Source of the DNA: Williopsis jadinii
Lineage: Eukaryota
Direction: 5' to 3'
DNA length: 64,000 bases
NCBI GenBank assembly: GCA_024346625.1
Contig: AP024664.1
Location: forward strand, 2,914,001-2,978,000
Part shown: positions 10,849 through 22,154 of the stretch, in pieces
Position numbering within the stretch: the stretch's first letter is position 1
How the letters are laid out: each line of letters begins with the position of its first letter
The notes under the pieces: generated by a model
What the model saw: only the letters and a program-made list of their open reading frames with translations
Database searches by the model: none
What the model was told of the DNA's origin: nothing
Position numbers and translations under genes: made by a program

Positions 10849-12099
10849 TTATCCGACCTTTACGGTATCAAACAAGCCCTTAACGTATTCGTTCTCTTTG
10901 ATTACTTGCTGCCATTCTTCTTGTGTTATTGTCGTTATAGATAGCAGCAGTTTTGTTGCGATGATGACCTTCTTCTTCGTATGGGAAGTTTTTGCCCTTC
11001 TCCAAGCCATCAAACATATGGCAAAGATATCATAGCGATGATTTGGAAGTCTCATCCAACAGTTCTGCTCAATCGCTATAACACAATTCACAGTGTTGCA
11101 GAAGAGCTCCTCATCCATGTCAATAAATGGATCCGACACAACAGTGCCGATCATATAAATCAATCTTGGTAACACCTTTAACGTTGAATCTCCCAATTTT
11201 GATATTACCGTTGTAATATGGCACATAATCACTCTAAGTGTCTGGAAGTTATCACGGACAGTATTGAACGAGCTTAACAGTCCGCTGTTGAGAAGTTCAA
11301 TCAGATATTTGTTTCTCTCTTTAGTGTTTTCGAATAGTTTGAACATCGTTGGATATGACTTTTTGAGTATTTCCACTGACAAATCAGTTGGAGTGGATGG
11401 TGGTAGATACGACAACAGAGGTCTGACCGCATCGTAGAATATGGATAGCACCCCTGTGGTTTCTAAATAGCTCGGTTCAATGGTGTCAAGCAGAACAGAT
11501 AGGAGCTCAACACCCTTTAGCTTGATAAGACCTTCGTGGTCATCCAAAATGTTCAATATTGTTGGCGCAATTAACCACCAATTATCTCTTATTCCTTGCG
11601 CATCATTATGTGAGAGCCAGAGTACGAAATGCGATATTGAGCCAATACGAGTCTCCTTCCACTGATCTCGTCCATCTGTGATGAACCCCAACTTTGGTTT
11701 GAGCCCCTTGAATTGATTTATCTTCTTATATCCTGCTTTAGAAACCCTTGTTGTCTGCAATAGCTTGAAATCTTGAGTTATCGAGTCTCTCAATAAGGTC
11801 CAGTCATTTGGTGTTATCTTCAAGCGGTTGATGATTTCAAGGCACACCCTCACACTGGCCTCATCACACCAAGGTGAAGTCGTGCAGAAGCAACCAACCG
11901 AGCTCAGAATTGTATACGTGTCGTAGTCATCATCATCCTGTAGAAGCTTCTGTATCTCAACCAATGCCTTTGAAGCATCTGCTTTGAACCTCGTCTGTGT
12001 TTCATACTGCGGCAGCGTCTTTTCGTAGTCATCCACATACCAAATCCATTGAATGTGAGGTAGCTTAATCGTCTCAAGCTGTGATTGTAGTGTTGTCAT
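10849..12099 (-). CDS. TTI2: TTT complex subunit (Tel2-interacting)
   Basis: LIAPTILNILDDHEGLIKLKG...LSYLPPSTP HEAT-like Tti2 signature. Confidence 0.8.
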   Translation of the reverse strand: MTTLQSQLETIKLPHIQWIWYVDDYEKTLPQYETQTRFKADASKALVEIQKLLQDDDDYDTYTILSSVGCFCTTSPWCDEASVRVCLEIINRLKITPNDWTLLRDSITQDFKLLQTTRVSKAGYKKINQFKGLKPKLGFITDGRDQWKETRIGSISHFVLWLSHNDAQGIRDNWWLIAPTILNILDDHEGLIKLKGVELLSVLLDTIEPSYLETTGVLSIFYDAVRPLLSYLPPSTPTDLSVEILKKSYPTMFKLFENTKERNKYLIELLNSGLLSSFNTVRDNFQTLRVIMCHITTVISKLGDSTLKVLPRLIYMIGTVVSDPFIDMDEELFCNTVNCVIAIEQNCWMRLPNHRYDIFAICLMAWRRAKTSHTKKKVIIATKLLLSITTITQEEWQQVIKENEYVKGLFDTVKVG

Positions 12100-12268
12100 T
12101 GCTCCTTCGCCGTCTTTCCACCCTCGAGGTTGTGTCCTATGTCGAACAGGTTTGTTGATGTTTGATGTGTGGTGAAAAAGGTTGAAAAAAACACCGGGAC
12201 CTCATCACTCAAACATCAACAACCCGTTTAAAAAAATTCGGAAGGGATAGGATACCGGAAGAACCAAG

Positions 12269-13180
12269 ATGATAACCAAAGAGGTAGAGGATGTACGAAT
12301 CAAACATGGTGATGTTATTGATGAGAATGTCTTCATTGGACTTACCCTGGCAATACTAGCGCATAAGAACGTTGTTATCTCATCTGAGGATATCCATACT
12401 GCAACGTATGTCACTGGTTATATTCTCAACACCGTCTGGGGGCTACAAGCCACTGTGTTAAAGGCACACGCTGGAATCACGAGGGATGATCTTCTGAAGT
12501 TCTTTTTTGACGGCACAATTGGCGGCCATATGGGGTTTGTCTATGTGATTGAAGGTATAGATAAACTACCAAATCAACTTCAGCGGTTGATACTTGAGAT
12601 GATGAAATCTAGGAAAATCGTCTATAATAATACCCCGTTACTAGCCAATGAGCTCAGAACCATCGTGGGCATCACTGGTGAGCCTCATGCACTTTATCCA
12701 TTGCTCTCACAGGAGTTCTGGTTCCAGCAGAGGTGTGACTTGAAAATGGATATAAACGATGGACGATTCCCGACTTCAGCTACGCTAAACAGATCCAAAG
12801 TGACGCATTTCATCACATTGAGAAACAAATACTTGAACGTTACGATATCACCTGAAATGAAACGGTACATCTACGATATCGTCATACACGTACGATGTCA
12901 TAGATGTGTTAAGAATGGGTTTCCTACAAGAGCTATCAAGGATCTGGAACTGCTCTGTCAATGCCTGTGCTTGATATTTGACAGGAACTATGTCATACCA
13001 ACAATCGTCAAACTGGCGTGTCGGAAGCTGATACCCTTCAAGATTCAAATGGTGGATCCTTCTTTGGAGCCCACATTGCAGTACGGCAGTGACATCGATC
13101 TCGTCGCTGAAATGATGAAGCGAATGACCCCCAAGATGGTTGTTGAAGACGTTCTTAGGAAAGTAGGGCCACCTTTATAA
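12269..13180 (+). CDS. MTC2: Maintenance of telomere capping protein 2 (degenerate AAA+/chelatase-like)
   Basis: RYIYDIVIHVRCHR, YVIPTIVKLA, EPTLQYGSD, VLRKVGPPL. Confidence 0.8.
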   Translation: MITKEVEDVRIKHGDVIDENVFIGLTLAILAHKNVVISSEDIHTATYVTGYILNTVWGLQATVLKAHAGITRDDLLKFFFDGTIGGHMGFVYVIEGIDKLPNQLQRLILEMMKSRKIVYNNTPLLANELRTIVGITGEPHALYPLLSQEFWFQQRCDLKMDINDGRFPTSATLNRSKVTHFITLRNKYLNVTISPEMKRYIYDIVIHVRCHRCVKNGFPTRAIKDLELLCQCLCLIFDRNYVIPTIVKLACRKLIPFKIQMVDPSLEPTLQYGSDIDLVAEMMKRMTPKMVVEDVLRKVGPPL

Positions 13181-13350
13181 ACGTTTGTTCTGCCTGTGGA
13201 GACACAACCATTGTAGTGACAGCACTAGAGACTATGTATATCTCTATAGCCAGTGCTCATAACGCACTGTATCTAACGAAAAACAAAACGTAAACAATAA
13301 CCATAGAAACAGAACCCTATATATATTAACTCAAGTCTGACAACAACATC

Positions 13351-15486
13351 ATGGCTGATAAGGAAGTAAGAACCCTGTATTATATTCCCTGGATCATTTT
13401 ACTAACGATCTACTGAAGATCACGCTATTCCTCGTCGATGTTGGTGCGGAAATGGGTCAGATCACCTTCAATGGCGAAACTGATCTCGAGATCGGTTTGA
13501 AGTACGTCAGGAACGAGTTCATGACGAAAGTGAGTACGGGATTTCGACGTTGAACCAGTGAATTGCCACTAATAATGCATGGAAGATATTCAGAGAGAGG
13601 AAGACAGATGTGGTTTCACTAGTGACAGTGGAAGATGATAGTAAGTACTGTTTGCTTCTCTCGTGTCAATCGCTTCTGGTACTAATGAATGATAAGAAAC
13701 GCTCAATGAAGCAGGTCAGATTGGTGTCTATGAACAACTGTCTGCACAAATGTAAGTCTTCGTTTCCCGCTATCCAGTCAAGATACTAATAACTGTTATA
13801 AAACAATAAAGGCCTCATTATGAGCATTTAGAATTGCTGTTCAGAGAGCCAACCTCTATTGAGGCATCTCAAGATACTGCAGGTATAATACGTGGTTTAC
13901 TTTCATCTTTCCAATCGCTTGTGAAGTTTGTTGGGAAGAAGAAATATCAGAAGAACATTGTCGTTGTAACAAACTCCAAAACAGTTCCTGAATTGTCAGA
14001 AGACTTCCATGCTGGTGTGAGACAGATCATAGCTGATCAACAGATTAAGCTCAAAGTCATCGGTGTCGATTTCGACACTTCGACACAGGACCGACAATCT
14101 TTGCAGAACATGACTGCATGGTATACGTTGCTTGCTGGGCTCCCAGGCTGTTCCATCTGCAACGGTGAAGAAGTTTTGAAGGACATTTGCTCATCACCAC
14201 CAAAACCTGTGCGTCCAGTAAAGGTATTCAAGGGTGACTTAAGGATAGGTGCCGATCTTTCTGACCCTGATTTCGACATAACAAACGATATCAGTTGTAT
14301 CAATATTGGAGTTGAAGGTTACCCTGGTGTGAAAACTTCAAGGCCCCTTGGAAGGAAAACGTATGGAGTTGGAGAATATGGCCCAGAAAAGGTAACATAT
14401 GTTACAGAATATATGATACGGCACTACTTTGATACAGATGGTAATTTTGACCATATCGATCCCAACAGGGAGGAGCTTGACGAACGTGAATATGAAGTTG
14501 AGATTGTTGATAAGGCGTCCTTAATCAAGGCGTACAAATACGGTACTTCTACGGTGGTGTTGCCAGAGGAGTTGGAAAGAGAGAGATTGTATACCACCTC
14601 ACCGGGCCTAGACATTGTCAAGGTGATACCTGAAGACCATCTTCCAAGATCATATCTCTCAGATGAAACGGTCTTGGTGTTTGGCCAACAAAATATCACC
14701 AGTAATATGAAGGCATTGGCATCCATTGTAGATGCACTACATGAGTTAAAAGCTGTGGCCATAGCAAGATACGTTAAGAAGCAAAACGGGGAAGTACAGA
14801 TGGTGGCATTGTTGCCTATCTATGTTACAAAGAAGCATACAAGGAAACGTAAGTTCGATGATGAAGACCACAATAGTACAAGAGCTTTGGCAATGTCAAG
14901 GTTACCATTCATGGAGGATGAGAAAATGGCTGTATTTCCAGATTTGACAAAGCAGGTGACGAGCTCTGGTAAAGCTATCAAAAGCAATCATAAGTTATTA
15001 CCAAGTGCTGAAGCACAAGAACAAATGGATGCACTTGTTCGTGCTTTGGACATTGATCAATTGGGTATCGACGAAACTGATTTTCTTGGTGACAAAAGGG
15101 TGTTCAATCCATTGACGAATCCTGTTTCGTTATCTAATCAGGATGCATTGATCAAGAGGTCTGTGGGGAGTCGACGTGTTGATCTAGCACTCAAAGAAAT
15201 CATCACTAGTGCAGTACGATCCAACACCAAATTGCAAGACTTTTGTAAAAGTGACGATGTTATTCCTCCAATTCATAAGTCAATTGCACTAGATATGGAA
15301 CCTAATCCGAAATTGGCTGAAAGTGCAAGCCCAATTCTTGAAAGACTTGTTACCCTTTTAAACGTTTCGAAAGTGGATAAGACCACGTACACTAGAAGAC
15401 GTAAGGCTCTTGACGAAATTCTACAAGAAGAGGAAGAAGATGGTTTATCCTTAGATGAGCTATTGAGTCGTGGTGTGCGCAAATAG
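13351..15486 (+). CDS. YKU80: Ku80; 5 exons (13351-13365, 13419-13529, 13586-13640, 13697-13751, 13812-15486), 636 aa
   Basis: Spliced N-terminus MADKEITLFLVDVG...IFRERKTDVV (vWA), then KAYKYG, AIARYVKK, LPFMED (Ku core). All four junctions keep frame. Confidence 0.92.
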
Positions 15487-16221
15487 TTGATCCAACCCTT
15501 GGGATGGATCGTAATCTAAGTTGTGGTCTAATAGAGTTGGTATATCCAATTTGCGGTAATCCTCTCCCAAGAACTTGTAGATCAATACTGTTTTCTCCAT
15601 TGGAGTGAAATCTTTGGCGTAGTGGATTGCAATTGCTGCAACCATTGTATTTGCGCAGATATCCAAAGGTGCTGCCCCGAAACCTGTTCCTAAACCTGGT
15701 ATAACCAAAGCATCCACTTTATTGGTCAGTACTGAAAGAGCATTCCAAGTCCAATCGAAAAGAGACTTGTGGAACTCCTTTGACGTTTCCCTGATCTTTT
15801 CTGGGACTCTCATTGTTGGTAAATGGATCAGTTGTCTACAATTCCATGATTCCAAAGCGATTGAACCCCTTATCATCTCATCATCGAAATGAATCACCGT
15901 TGGAGACCCCGGTGGCTTGTAGTACTGCAGTTTGTTCAGTACGTAGTTCTGGACAGTTTCTGAAGACGAATTGACTCCGACAAAGCAGTCTCTAATGGCC
16001 ATGTCTATACCACCACCCATTAGACCAGCAGAATTCCCCGGCGTGACCACCACAGCTGTGGTTCCCGTAACCTGAAGCTCGCCTATATCCTTATTACACA
16101 CCTCTAGGGATACAGATCTCCCCTGAAATTCGAGAGGACATTTCGCCTGAAGAAACTTCTTGATCTGTGTACTCCAATGGTGACACAGTACTGGTGATCT
16201 ATCTATCAATATCACCCTCAT
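15460..16221 (-). CDS. Macro-domain ADP-ribose-1''-phosphate phosphatase-like protein (YMR087W type)
   Basis: VVTPGNSAGLMGGGID, HLPTMRVP, VIPGLGTGFG. Confidence 0.85.
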   Translation of the reverse strand: MRVILIDRSPVLCHHWSTQIKKFLQAKCPLEFQGRSVSLEVCNKDIGELQVTGTTAVVVTPGNSAGLMGGGIDMAIRDCFVGVNSSSETVQNYVLNKLQYYKPPGSPTVIHFDDEMIRGSIALESWNCRQLIHLPTMRVPEKIRETSKEFHKSLFDWTWNALSVLTNKVDALVIPGLGTGFGAAPLDICANTMVAAIAIHYAKDFTPMEKTVLIYKFLGEDYRKLDIPTLLDHNLDYDPSQGLDQLFAHTTTQ

Positions 16222-16347
16222 CTGCCCCTCGTTACAAAGGAGCCGATAGAGACTCGAGACATAATGTTAGATCACGTACAAATCTGTACATGTGCCGGTG
16301 GTGTCTGGGTGTTGTTGTCCCCGAGATGACGACTGGTGCGAAGAGGG

Positions 16348-16370
16348 AAAAAAATTCAAGAGCTCATCGC
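16348..16370. promoter_or_regulatory. RRPE-like + PAC elements of UTP11
   Basis: GAAAAAAATT then GCTCATCGC, about 45-70 bp before the ATG. Confidence 0.7.
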
Positions 16371-16415
16371 CTCACTTCATGGGCCATAAATTTGGTATTA
16401 AACAAACCAGCAAAG

Positions 16416-17159
16416 ATGGCTAAACTGGTTCATAACGTTCAGAAAAAGCAGCATAAGGAAAGAGGACAGCTGTCCTCAAGATCCAGATATGGTCTGCTTG
16501 AAAAGAAGAAAGATTACCAGCTTCGTGCGAGGGACTATCATAAGAAGCAGGCTACGCTGAAGTCGCTCAAGGCTAAGGCTAAAGAGAGAAATCCAGATGA
16601 GTATTACCATGCTATGGTCAACAAGAAGACCGACAGCAATGGTTTTCTGGTTTCTGAGAGGGACACGGAGGTACTGAGCACAGATCAGGTGAAGCTGTTA
16701 AAGACACAAGATGCTGCATACATCAAGACACTCAGATCGCAAGAGTTGAAGAAGATCAGTAAGCTTGAGAAGACGTTACAGTTCAAAGCACAAGGTGAGC
16801 ACACTGTGTTTGTCGATACACCAGAGCAAAAGCAGAACTTTGATGCTGCAAAGCATTTCGGGACGAGCCGTAGACTGGTTCATGATAGAGAGAATAGGTT
16901 GAGATTGGAACAGCTACAAGGCCGAGTTGAACTAATACCTGAGTTGAACGAAGACTTGATGCCAAAGGAATCACTTGATAAAAAGAGAATAAAGAAATTT
17001 GCTCAATTACAGTCACACTTGGAAAGACAGAAGAAGCTTAAAGAGGTTGAGGAGAGAATGGATATGCAAAGAGAAGGTATGAAGAAGGGAAACAAAAAGA
17101 AAGTGGTGGATGCACTCGGTAGAACAGCATACAAGTTCAAGAGGGAGCGTAAACGTTAA
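16416..17159 (+). CDS. UTP11: SSU processome subunit
   Basis: MAKLVHNVQKKQHKERGQ...YGLLEKKKDY...ERNPDEYYHAM...YKFKRERKR. Confidence 0.96.
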   Translation: MAKLVHNVQKKQHKERGQLSSRSRYGLLEKKKDYQLRARDYHKKQATLKSLKAKAKERNPDEYYHAMVNKKTDSNGFLVSERDTEVLSTDQVKLLKTQDAAYIKTLRSQELKKISKLEKTLQFKAQGEHTVFVDTPEQKQNFDAAKHFGTSRRLVHDRENRLRLEQLQGRVELIPELNEDLMPKESLDKKRIKKFAQLQSHLERQKKLKEVEERMDMQREGMKKGNKKKVVDALGRTAYKFKRERKR

Positions 17160-17210
17160 CGTGCTTCTTATAATAAAACCGTATGAATCTAAACATATAA
17201 CGATGAGCTT

Positions 17211-19035
17211 TTAATATTTGATGCTCCATTTCTTCACAGTAGCGTCGTTACCACCACTGACAATCTCTGTAGATGAGATCCACTGAACTGTGTTGACACC
17301 ATCCTTGTGTGCATTAAGGAACTTGATGTTCTTCATTGGCTTCTCCACTTGATAAATGATAATGTTTGTGTCTAAAGAGCCTGAAACAACATGGTTGTTA
17401 TCCTCATTCCATTCGATACTGTTGATACGACCCGTGTGGAATGCCCATCTTGATGTGACGGTCTCTTTTGTTTCAATGTTATACAGCACAATCTTACCAC
17501 TAACATCACCAACAGCGAGATAAATACCGTTTGGCGAAAAGGCAATACAAGATGGGGCAGAACGACCTGAAGGAAGATCAAACAATTTCGATCCATCCTT
17601 GGCCGAATATACACTGAGAGCATTGTTTTGGAATCCAACAGCAACGTAGTCAGCCGATGTTCCAATCGCCGTTGCGGTGGAGTTCAGCTTGGTGGTGAAT
17701 TCCACAACGTCCTTTTTATAGGCAATGATAGCTTCTTCTGTTAACACCGTGGTGATTTCATCGTTTGAAGACACACCTTTAGGTTGGGATGGAATCTCAG
17801 CAACGAGTGAACTGTCCAAAGTTTGTAGCTTATCATCCCAACCAGTGGTGTAGATACTTCCTTGTGAGAAGGTAAAGCCAATGACAAGGTTCTCATGTGC
17901 TTTTTCATAAGTGGCAGTACCTGTTTTCAAATCCCATTTACTGATTCTTCCGTCGTACGAGCCCGTGTACAATTCCTGCTCTGAAACCAGAGATGCAGTG
18001 ATTGACTTTTGATGACCTCTAATGATCTTCACCGCCTCCTCTGAATCTTCAGTAAGATAATTCAAGTTACCTGAGAATGACAACGAGATTATATACTTCT
18101 TTGTTGCAACAACACCAACCTGGTGGTTCTCCAATGTCTTTTCAAAAGTCCATGTCTTCAACAGTTCGCCAGAAGTCACATTCCACAACTTAACAGTGGC
18201 ATCACCGGAAGAAGTGACAAACTTCTCGTTGTCAACCCAACTAACAGCGTAAATACCACCCTGGTGCTCACCCTGTCCGATTTTCTTCAAGAATTCACCA
18301 GTCTTACCATCATAGACGACAATGTTTCTGTCTGAGCCAACACTGACCAAATGGACACCATCTGGAGAGTACTTGACGTCTCTGACGAAATTTGTATGGT
18401 TTCCTCTAACACTCGAGTCAAATCTGAATGGAGGTCCATGGTAAAACACCAATGCCGAATCGTCAGCAACCGTTGCCGCTCTATAAGGTCTTACTGGTCT
18501 AATCGCAACAGCGTTGATCTGTGCACTGTGGCCCGAGATTTCACCAACAGTGTTACCAGAATCCCAGGTGAAGGCATGGCCGTAGCGCTCCTTACCGTCA
18601 CCAACGGCAATGACCCTCTGCGAGTCTGCATCCCAGGCAATGTCGTTGATGCGTCCGTTGATCACCTGGTACTCGCCCTTGACGATCAAATCGTCGCCCA
18701 TGGTGTCCCAGATCTTCACGTTACCACTTTCATCACCAGAGGCTATGTAGAACCCGCTCGGTGCGAACGTAGCCACCGTCGCCAAGCTCAAGTGGCCAGT
18801 GAACTGTCTCGCCTTCTCCGGCTCCTCCACTGGTCTGATAAAGATGGATTTACCAGCCTTTGCGCATTCCCGTTAGTATCCCCATGCTAGTACAGTGCCA
18901 CCAACAGCCGCAACAACATCAACTACTCACGGCATACGCAATCCTATCGTTCTTCGCGTCGTACGACAGGTGTGTCGTCTGTCCTCTCGCAGTGTTAGGC
19001 AACGCAGCCCAGATACCCTCCCTTGTAATTGACAT
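17211..19035 (-). CDS. AIP1: WD40 actin-interacting protein 1; exons 18931-19035 and 17211-18857
   Basis: Spliced LSYDAKNDRIAYA|AGKSIFIR; WDSGNTVGEISGH, RPYRAATVADD, SRWAFHT; GTGAGT..TACTAAC..AAG intron. Confidence 0.93.
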
Positions 19036-19267
19036 TAGCTTCTACTGCTGCCTCTGTTTGGATGAAGAGACACTGCTCGGTTAAACAGGTGGGGGTTGCC
19101 GGTATTTGTTTACTCCCTGGCTTTGTGTCTCGGGGGACGGTACGCGCAACAATGGTGAAATTTTTTTTGTGTGTTTTCTGCCGCCAGGGCGATGCCCTCC
19201 ATCGCTTGCAATGTTTTGAAGCCTTGAGGTTCCAGGGAGGTTTGTGCCGGTCAGATTATTGTTTAAG

Positions 19268-20755
19268 ATGTCGTCGAGTAGACAGAATGTGTCTGTGGTG
19301 AAGAATGCGGTGCTTCCAGCACAGACCACGCCGGAGCAGCGTTATTGGAGAGGGTATACCAACACCCAGCTAGTTAAAGAGCACAACGCCGTGAGCCATA
19401 TTGCATTCAACCCTATAAGTCCGTATGACTTTGCCGTGACGAGTTCCACCCGAATCCAGGTGTTCTCGTCCAAGACGAGAGAAGTCATCAAGACGTTCTC
19501 GAGGTTCAAGGACACCGTGTACAGCGGAGAGTACCGATTCGATGGGAAACTGCTTGTTGCAGGTGATGCCTCCGGGTTGGTACAGATCTTTGATGCCTAC
19601 CAGCCAAGAACCCTTCTCGTGACAATCAACCCGTCTACGCATCCCACACACGTGACGAAGTTCCATCCTAGTGTGTCGACAACTCTGCTGACTGCTTCTG
19701 ACGATAGGGTAGCCAGGCTCTACGATATATCCAACGCGCATAACCCAATACTGTCGTTTGACGACCACGAGGATTATATCAGAACAGCAACTTTCGTGCA
19801 AGGTTCGAACCTGGTCACCACGGGTTGTTATGATGGCTTTGTGAGATTGTTTGATCCAAGAGTCGGCAACGATCCAGTGGCCAAATTTGATCAGGCCAAT
19901 CCGGTTGAAGATGTCTTGTCCTTAACACCAACAACGATGGCTACTGCTGCGGGACCAACCGTCAAGATATGGGACATTACTGCAGGTAAATGTATTAATG
20001 AAATGGCAAACTTCCAAAAGACCGTGACCTGTCTTGCTGATGCTGGTGAGGATCGTGGACTGTTGGCTGGTTCGCTCGATGGCCATATCAAGGTCTTTGA
20101 TCCTCTGAACTGGGATGTCAAATTCGGCTGGAAGTTTGGGGGAGGTGTACTGAGCTGTGGTGTCTCTCCTAACTCAAAGCATTTTGTAGCTGGTTTGGTT
20201 TCTGGTTTACTAAGTGTTAAAACTAGAAAGACGGAACCAAAGGTTAAACAAGGTGTGAAACAGGTGAAGTCGAATGCTTTCAAAAAGATGATGAGAGGTT
20301 CAGAGTACCACGGTGAAGAAGAGCACAGAATTGTCAACGATAAACCAAAGCCACAGAGAAAACTACGTCTCTATGAAAAGCGTCTGAATGCTTTCAGATG
20401 GTCAGATGCGTTGGATGCCGCATTTATCCCTGGTATGTCCCGTGAATTGACCGTGACGGTTCTCGAAGAGTTGAAGAAAAGAGGTAAAGTTAGAGCTTCG
20501 TTATATGACCGTGATGAAACCACCTTGGAGCCACTGCTGAGCTGGTCCATTAAGGCCATCGAGGACGTCCGTAGTGTTTATATCGTTTCGGATTGGCTCG
20601 CTGTCGTCATTGAAATGTACGGTGGACTCATCAATAGATCACCAGTATTGGAGGAACTCCTTCTAACTCTCAAGAAGAAACTAAGACAAGAGATTGAAAA
20701 GGCTAAGGAGGCTCAAAAGATTGAAGGTATGCTACAGCTCTTGACTGCTCATTAG
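19268..20755 (+). CDS. UTP15: SSU processome WD40 subunit
   Basis: TTPEQRYWRGY, FAVTSSTRIQVFS, KTFSRFKD; RRPE-like TGAAATTTT at 19156. Confidence 0.95.
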   Translation: MSSSRQNVSVVKNAVLPAQTTPEQRYWRGYTNTQLVKEHNAVSHIAFNPISPYDFAVTSSTRIQVFSSKTREVIKTFSRFKDTVYSGEYRFDGKLLVAGDASGLVQIFDAYQPRTLLVTINPSTHPTHVTKFHPSVSTTLLTASDDRVARLYDISNAHNPILSFDDHEDYIRTATFVQGSNLVTTGCYDGFVRLFDPRVGNDPVAKFDQANPVEDVLSLTPTTMATAAGPTVKIWDITAGKCINEMANFQKTVTCLADAGEDRGLLAGSLDGHIKVFDPLNWDVKFGWKFGGGVLSCGVSPNSKHFVAGLVSGLLSVKTRKTEPKVKQGVKQVKSNAFKKMMRGSEYHGEEEHRIVNDKPKPQRKLRLYEKRLNAFRWSDALDAAFIPGMSRELTVTVLEELKKRGKVRASLYDRDETTLEPLLSWSIKAIEDVRSVYIVSDWLAVVIEMYGGLINRSPVLEELLLTLKKKLRQEIEKAKEAQKIEGMLQLLTAH

Positions 20756-20809
20756 TTAGAAGTATAATAATCATGGCATGCATTTCATTAAAAGTTGAAA
20801 GGAAAGATC

Positions 20810-21859
20810 TCACCAACCTCTTTGTCTTCTGCCAAAGATGTTCTTCCTTTTCTGTATCTTGTACTTTTTAAAGTTATTATTCAAAGGCTTTCTTCTTTTG
20901 CTTGTCACTTCTGGAATGACATAGTCATCGTTATCATACTCGGAATCGTTATCAGACCATTCCTCAGAGTTTTCGGATTCAAAAGTGGACTCTTTGACGG
21001 TTGCCAGCTTCTGCATCTCCTCGCGCAGGTTCTTACCTTTCATCTCATCCTCATTGCCAGTGGTCTTACGCGCACGTTTCTTGACCAGTCTAACTTGTCT
21101 CTTTGGGCCCTTCTTCTTCCATTGCTGTAGTGGCACTGAGCCCTGCTCGTCTTCCTCCCCTGCCTCGTCATCTGATGAATCATGCTCTGCAAATGGTATC
21201 AGGTCATCCTCATCATAATCGCCGTACTTCAGCTCATCCTGGATGTCTTTCAACTCACTTGCGATTGTTGACAGGCTCTTCTTCATTCTCTGCGTCGCCA
21301 ATGGTGAAGGCGAGGAAGACACCATCTCAACGGCCCTGTTCTTCAAATAAGCAGGCGTTTCAAAGGTCAACGTTCTCACAACCTTCTGCGGAGTTTTGGT
21401 TTCCACTTCATCACCCCCTGTCTCTTCTTGTAAAGTACTCTCCAGATCCAATCTCCTTGAAGGTGTACTCATGACATTGACCGTTCTACACTTTGTAGGT
21501 GTACGGTATGGGCTCGTTATAACGTCAAATATACTCATTACCCTACCGTTCAACTGAGGTGTCGGTCCTAGCTGTTCCACTCGTGGCGAAATACCAGTAT
21601 CAGCGTCCTGTGAGCGACGAGGAGCATCTGGAGACGTCTTCTCAGGTGTTTGCAGTTGTCCGTTGTGGCTCTGCCTCTGTCTCTTAACAGGGCTCAGAGG
21701 TTGTCTATTACACTGCTGCTTAAGGCTGTTGTATAGCTTGTACTTGGCAGCCACATCCAGATTCTTCTTTATATCGTCTCGTGTTGGATTTCTTCCCTCC
21801 CGTGCTTTGAACTGCTTCTCCCAGCTCTTGATCTCCAACTTCAGCACACTTCTCTCCAT
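20810..21859 (-). CDS. SLD2: Replication initiation factor Sld2/Drc1
   Basis: LKLEIKSWEKQF...PTRDDIK...KYKLY, LGPTPQLNGRVMSIFD, many S/T-P CDK sites, NNNFKK. Confidence 0.88.
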   Translation of the reverse strand: MERSVLKLEIKSWEKQFKAREGRNPTRDDIKKNLDVAAKYKLYNSLKQQCNRQPLSPVKRQRQSHNGQLQTPEKTSPDAPRRSQDADTGISPRVEQLGPTPQLNGRVMSIFDVITSPYRTPTKCRTVNVMSTPSRRLDLESTLQEETGGDEVETKTPQKVVRTLTFETPAYLKNRAVEMVSSSPSPLATQRMKKSLSTIASELKDIQDELKYGDYDEDDLIPFAEHDSSDDEAGEEDEQGSVPLQQWKKKGPKRQVRLVKKRARKTTGNEDEMKGKNLREEMQKLATVKESTFESENSEEWSDNDSEYDNDDYVIPEVTSKRRKPLNNNFKKYKIQKRKNIFGRRQRGW

Positions 21860-21924
21860 TGTTTAAAGTCCCACTTGGTGCTGTTGTTCTCTAAATGGCC
21901 TACACGGTGTGTTTGAACAATTTG

Positions 21925-21930
21925 ACGCGT
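21925..21930. promoter_or_regulatory. MCB element upstream of SLD2
   Basis: ACGCGT 66 bp upstream of an S-phase gene. Confidence 0.55.
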
Positions 21931-22154
21931 TTTTGGCGCTTTTTGGCGTTTTTTTCCCGTTTTCGTGTGCGCATCGCGCTCGCTCACCCTTTTTGCGGTA
22001 CGGGCACACTTTCCCTCGTTTCGCCGGGTAACCCCATCTACGTCCAAAAAGTTTTCCCACACCCACAGTACACGCACACTTTCCAATGATGGAGCTGCTT
22101 GGGGTGTGTGATTGTGGGAGACTCTGTACACGTACCGTTATCGCTCTTCAAGAT

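Noticed and set aside
16297..16320. GT-rich GGTGTCTGGGTGT, telomere-like or telomerase-template-like
   Set aside because: A single short occurrence in a roughly 200-bp promoter; the species' telomere repeat is unknown from this window.
16167..16415. Upstream extension of UTP11
   Set aside because: Non-ATG start, overlaps the macro-domain gene and covers the RRPE/PAC promoter; the conserved start is MAKLVH.
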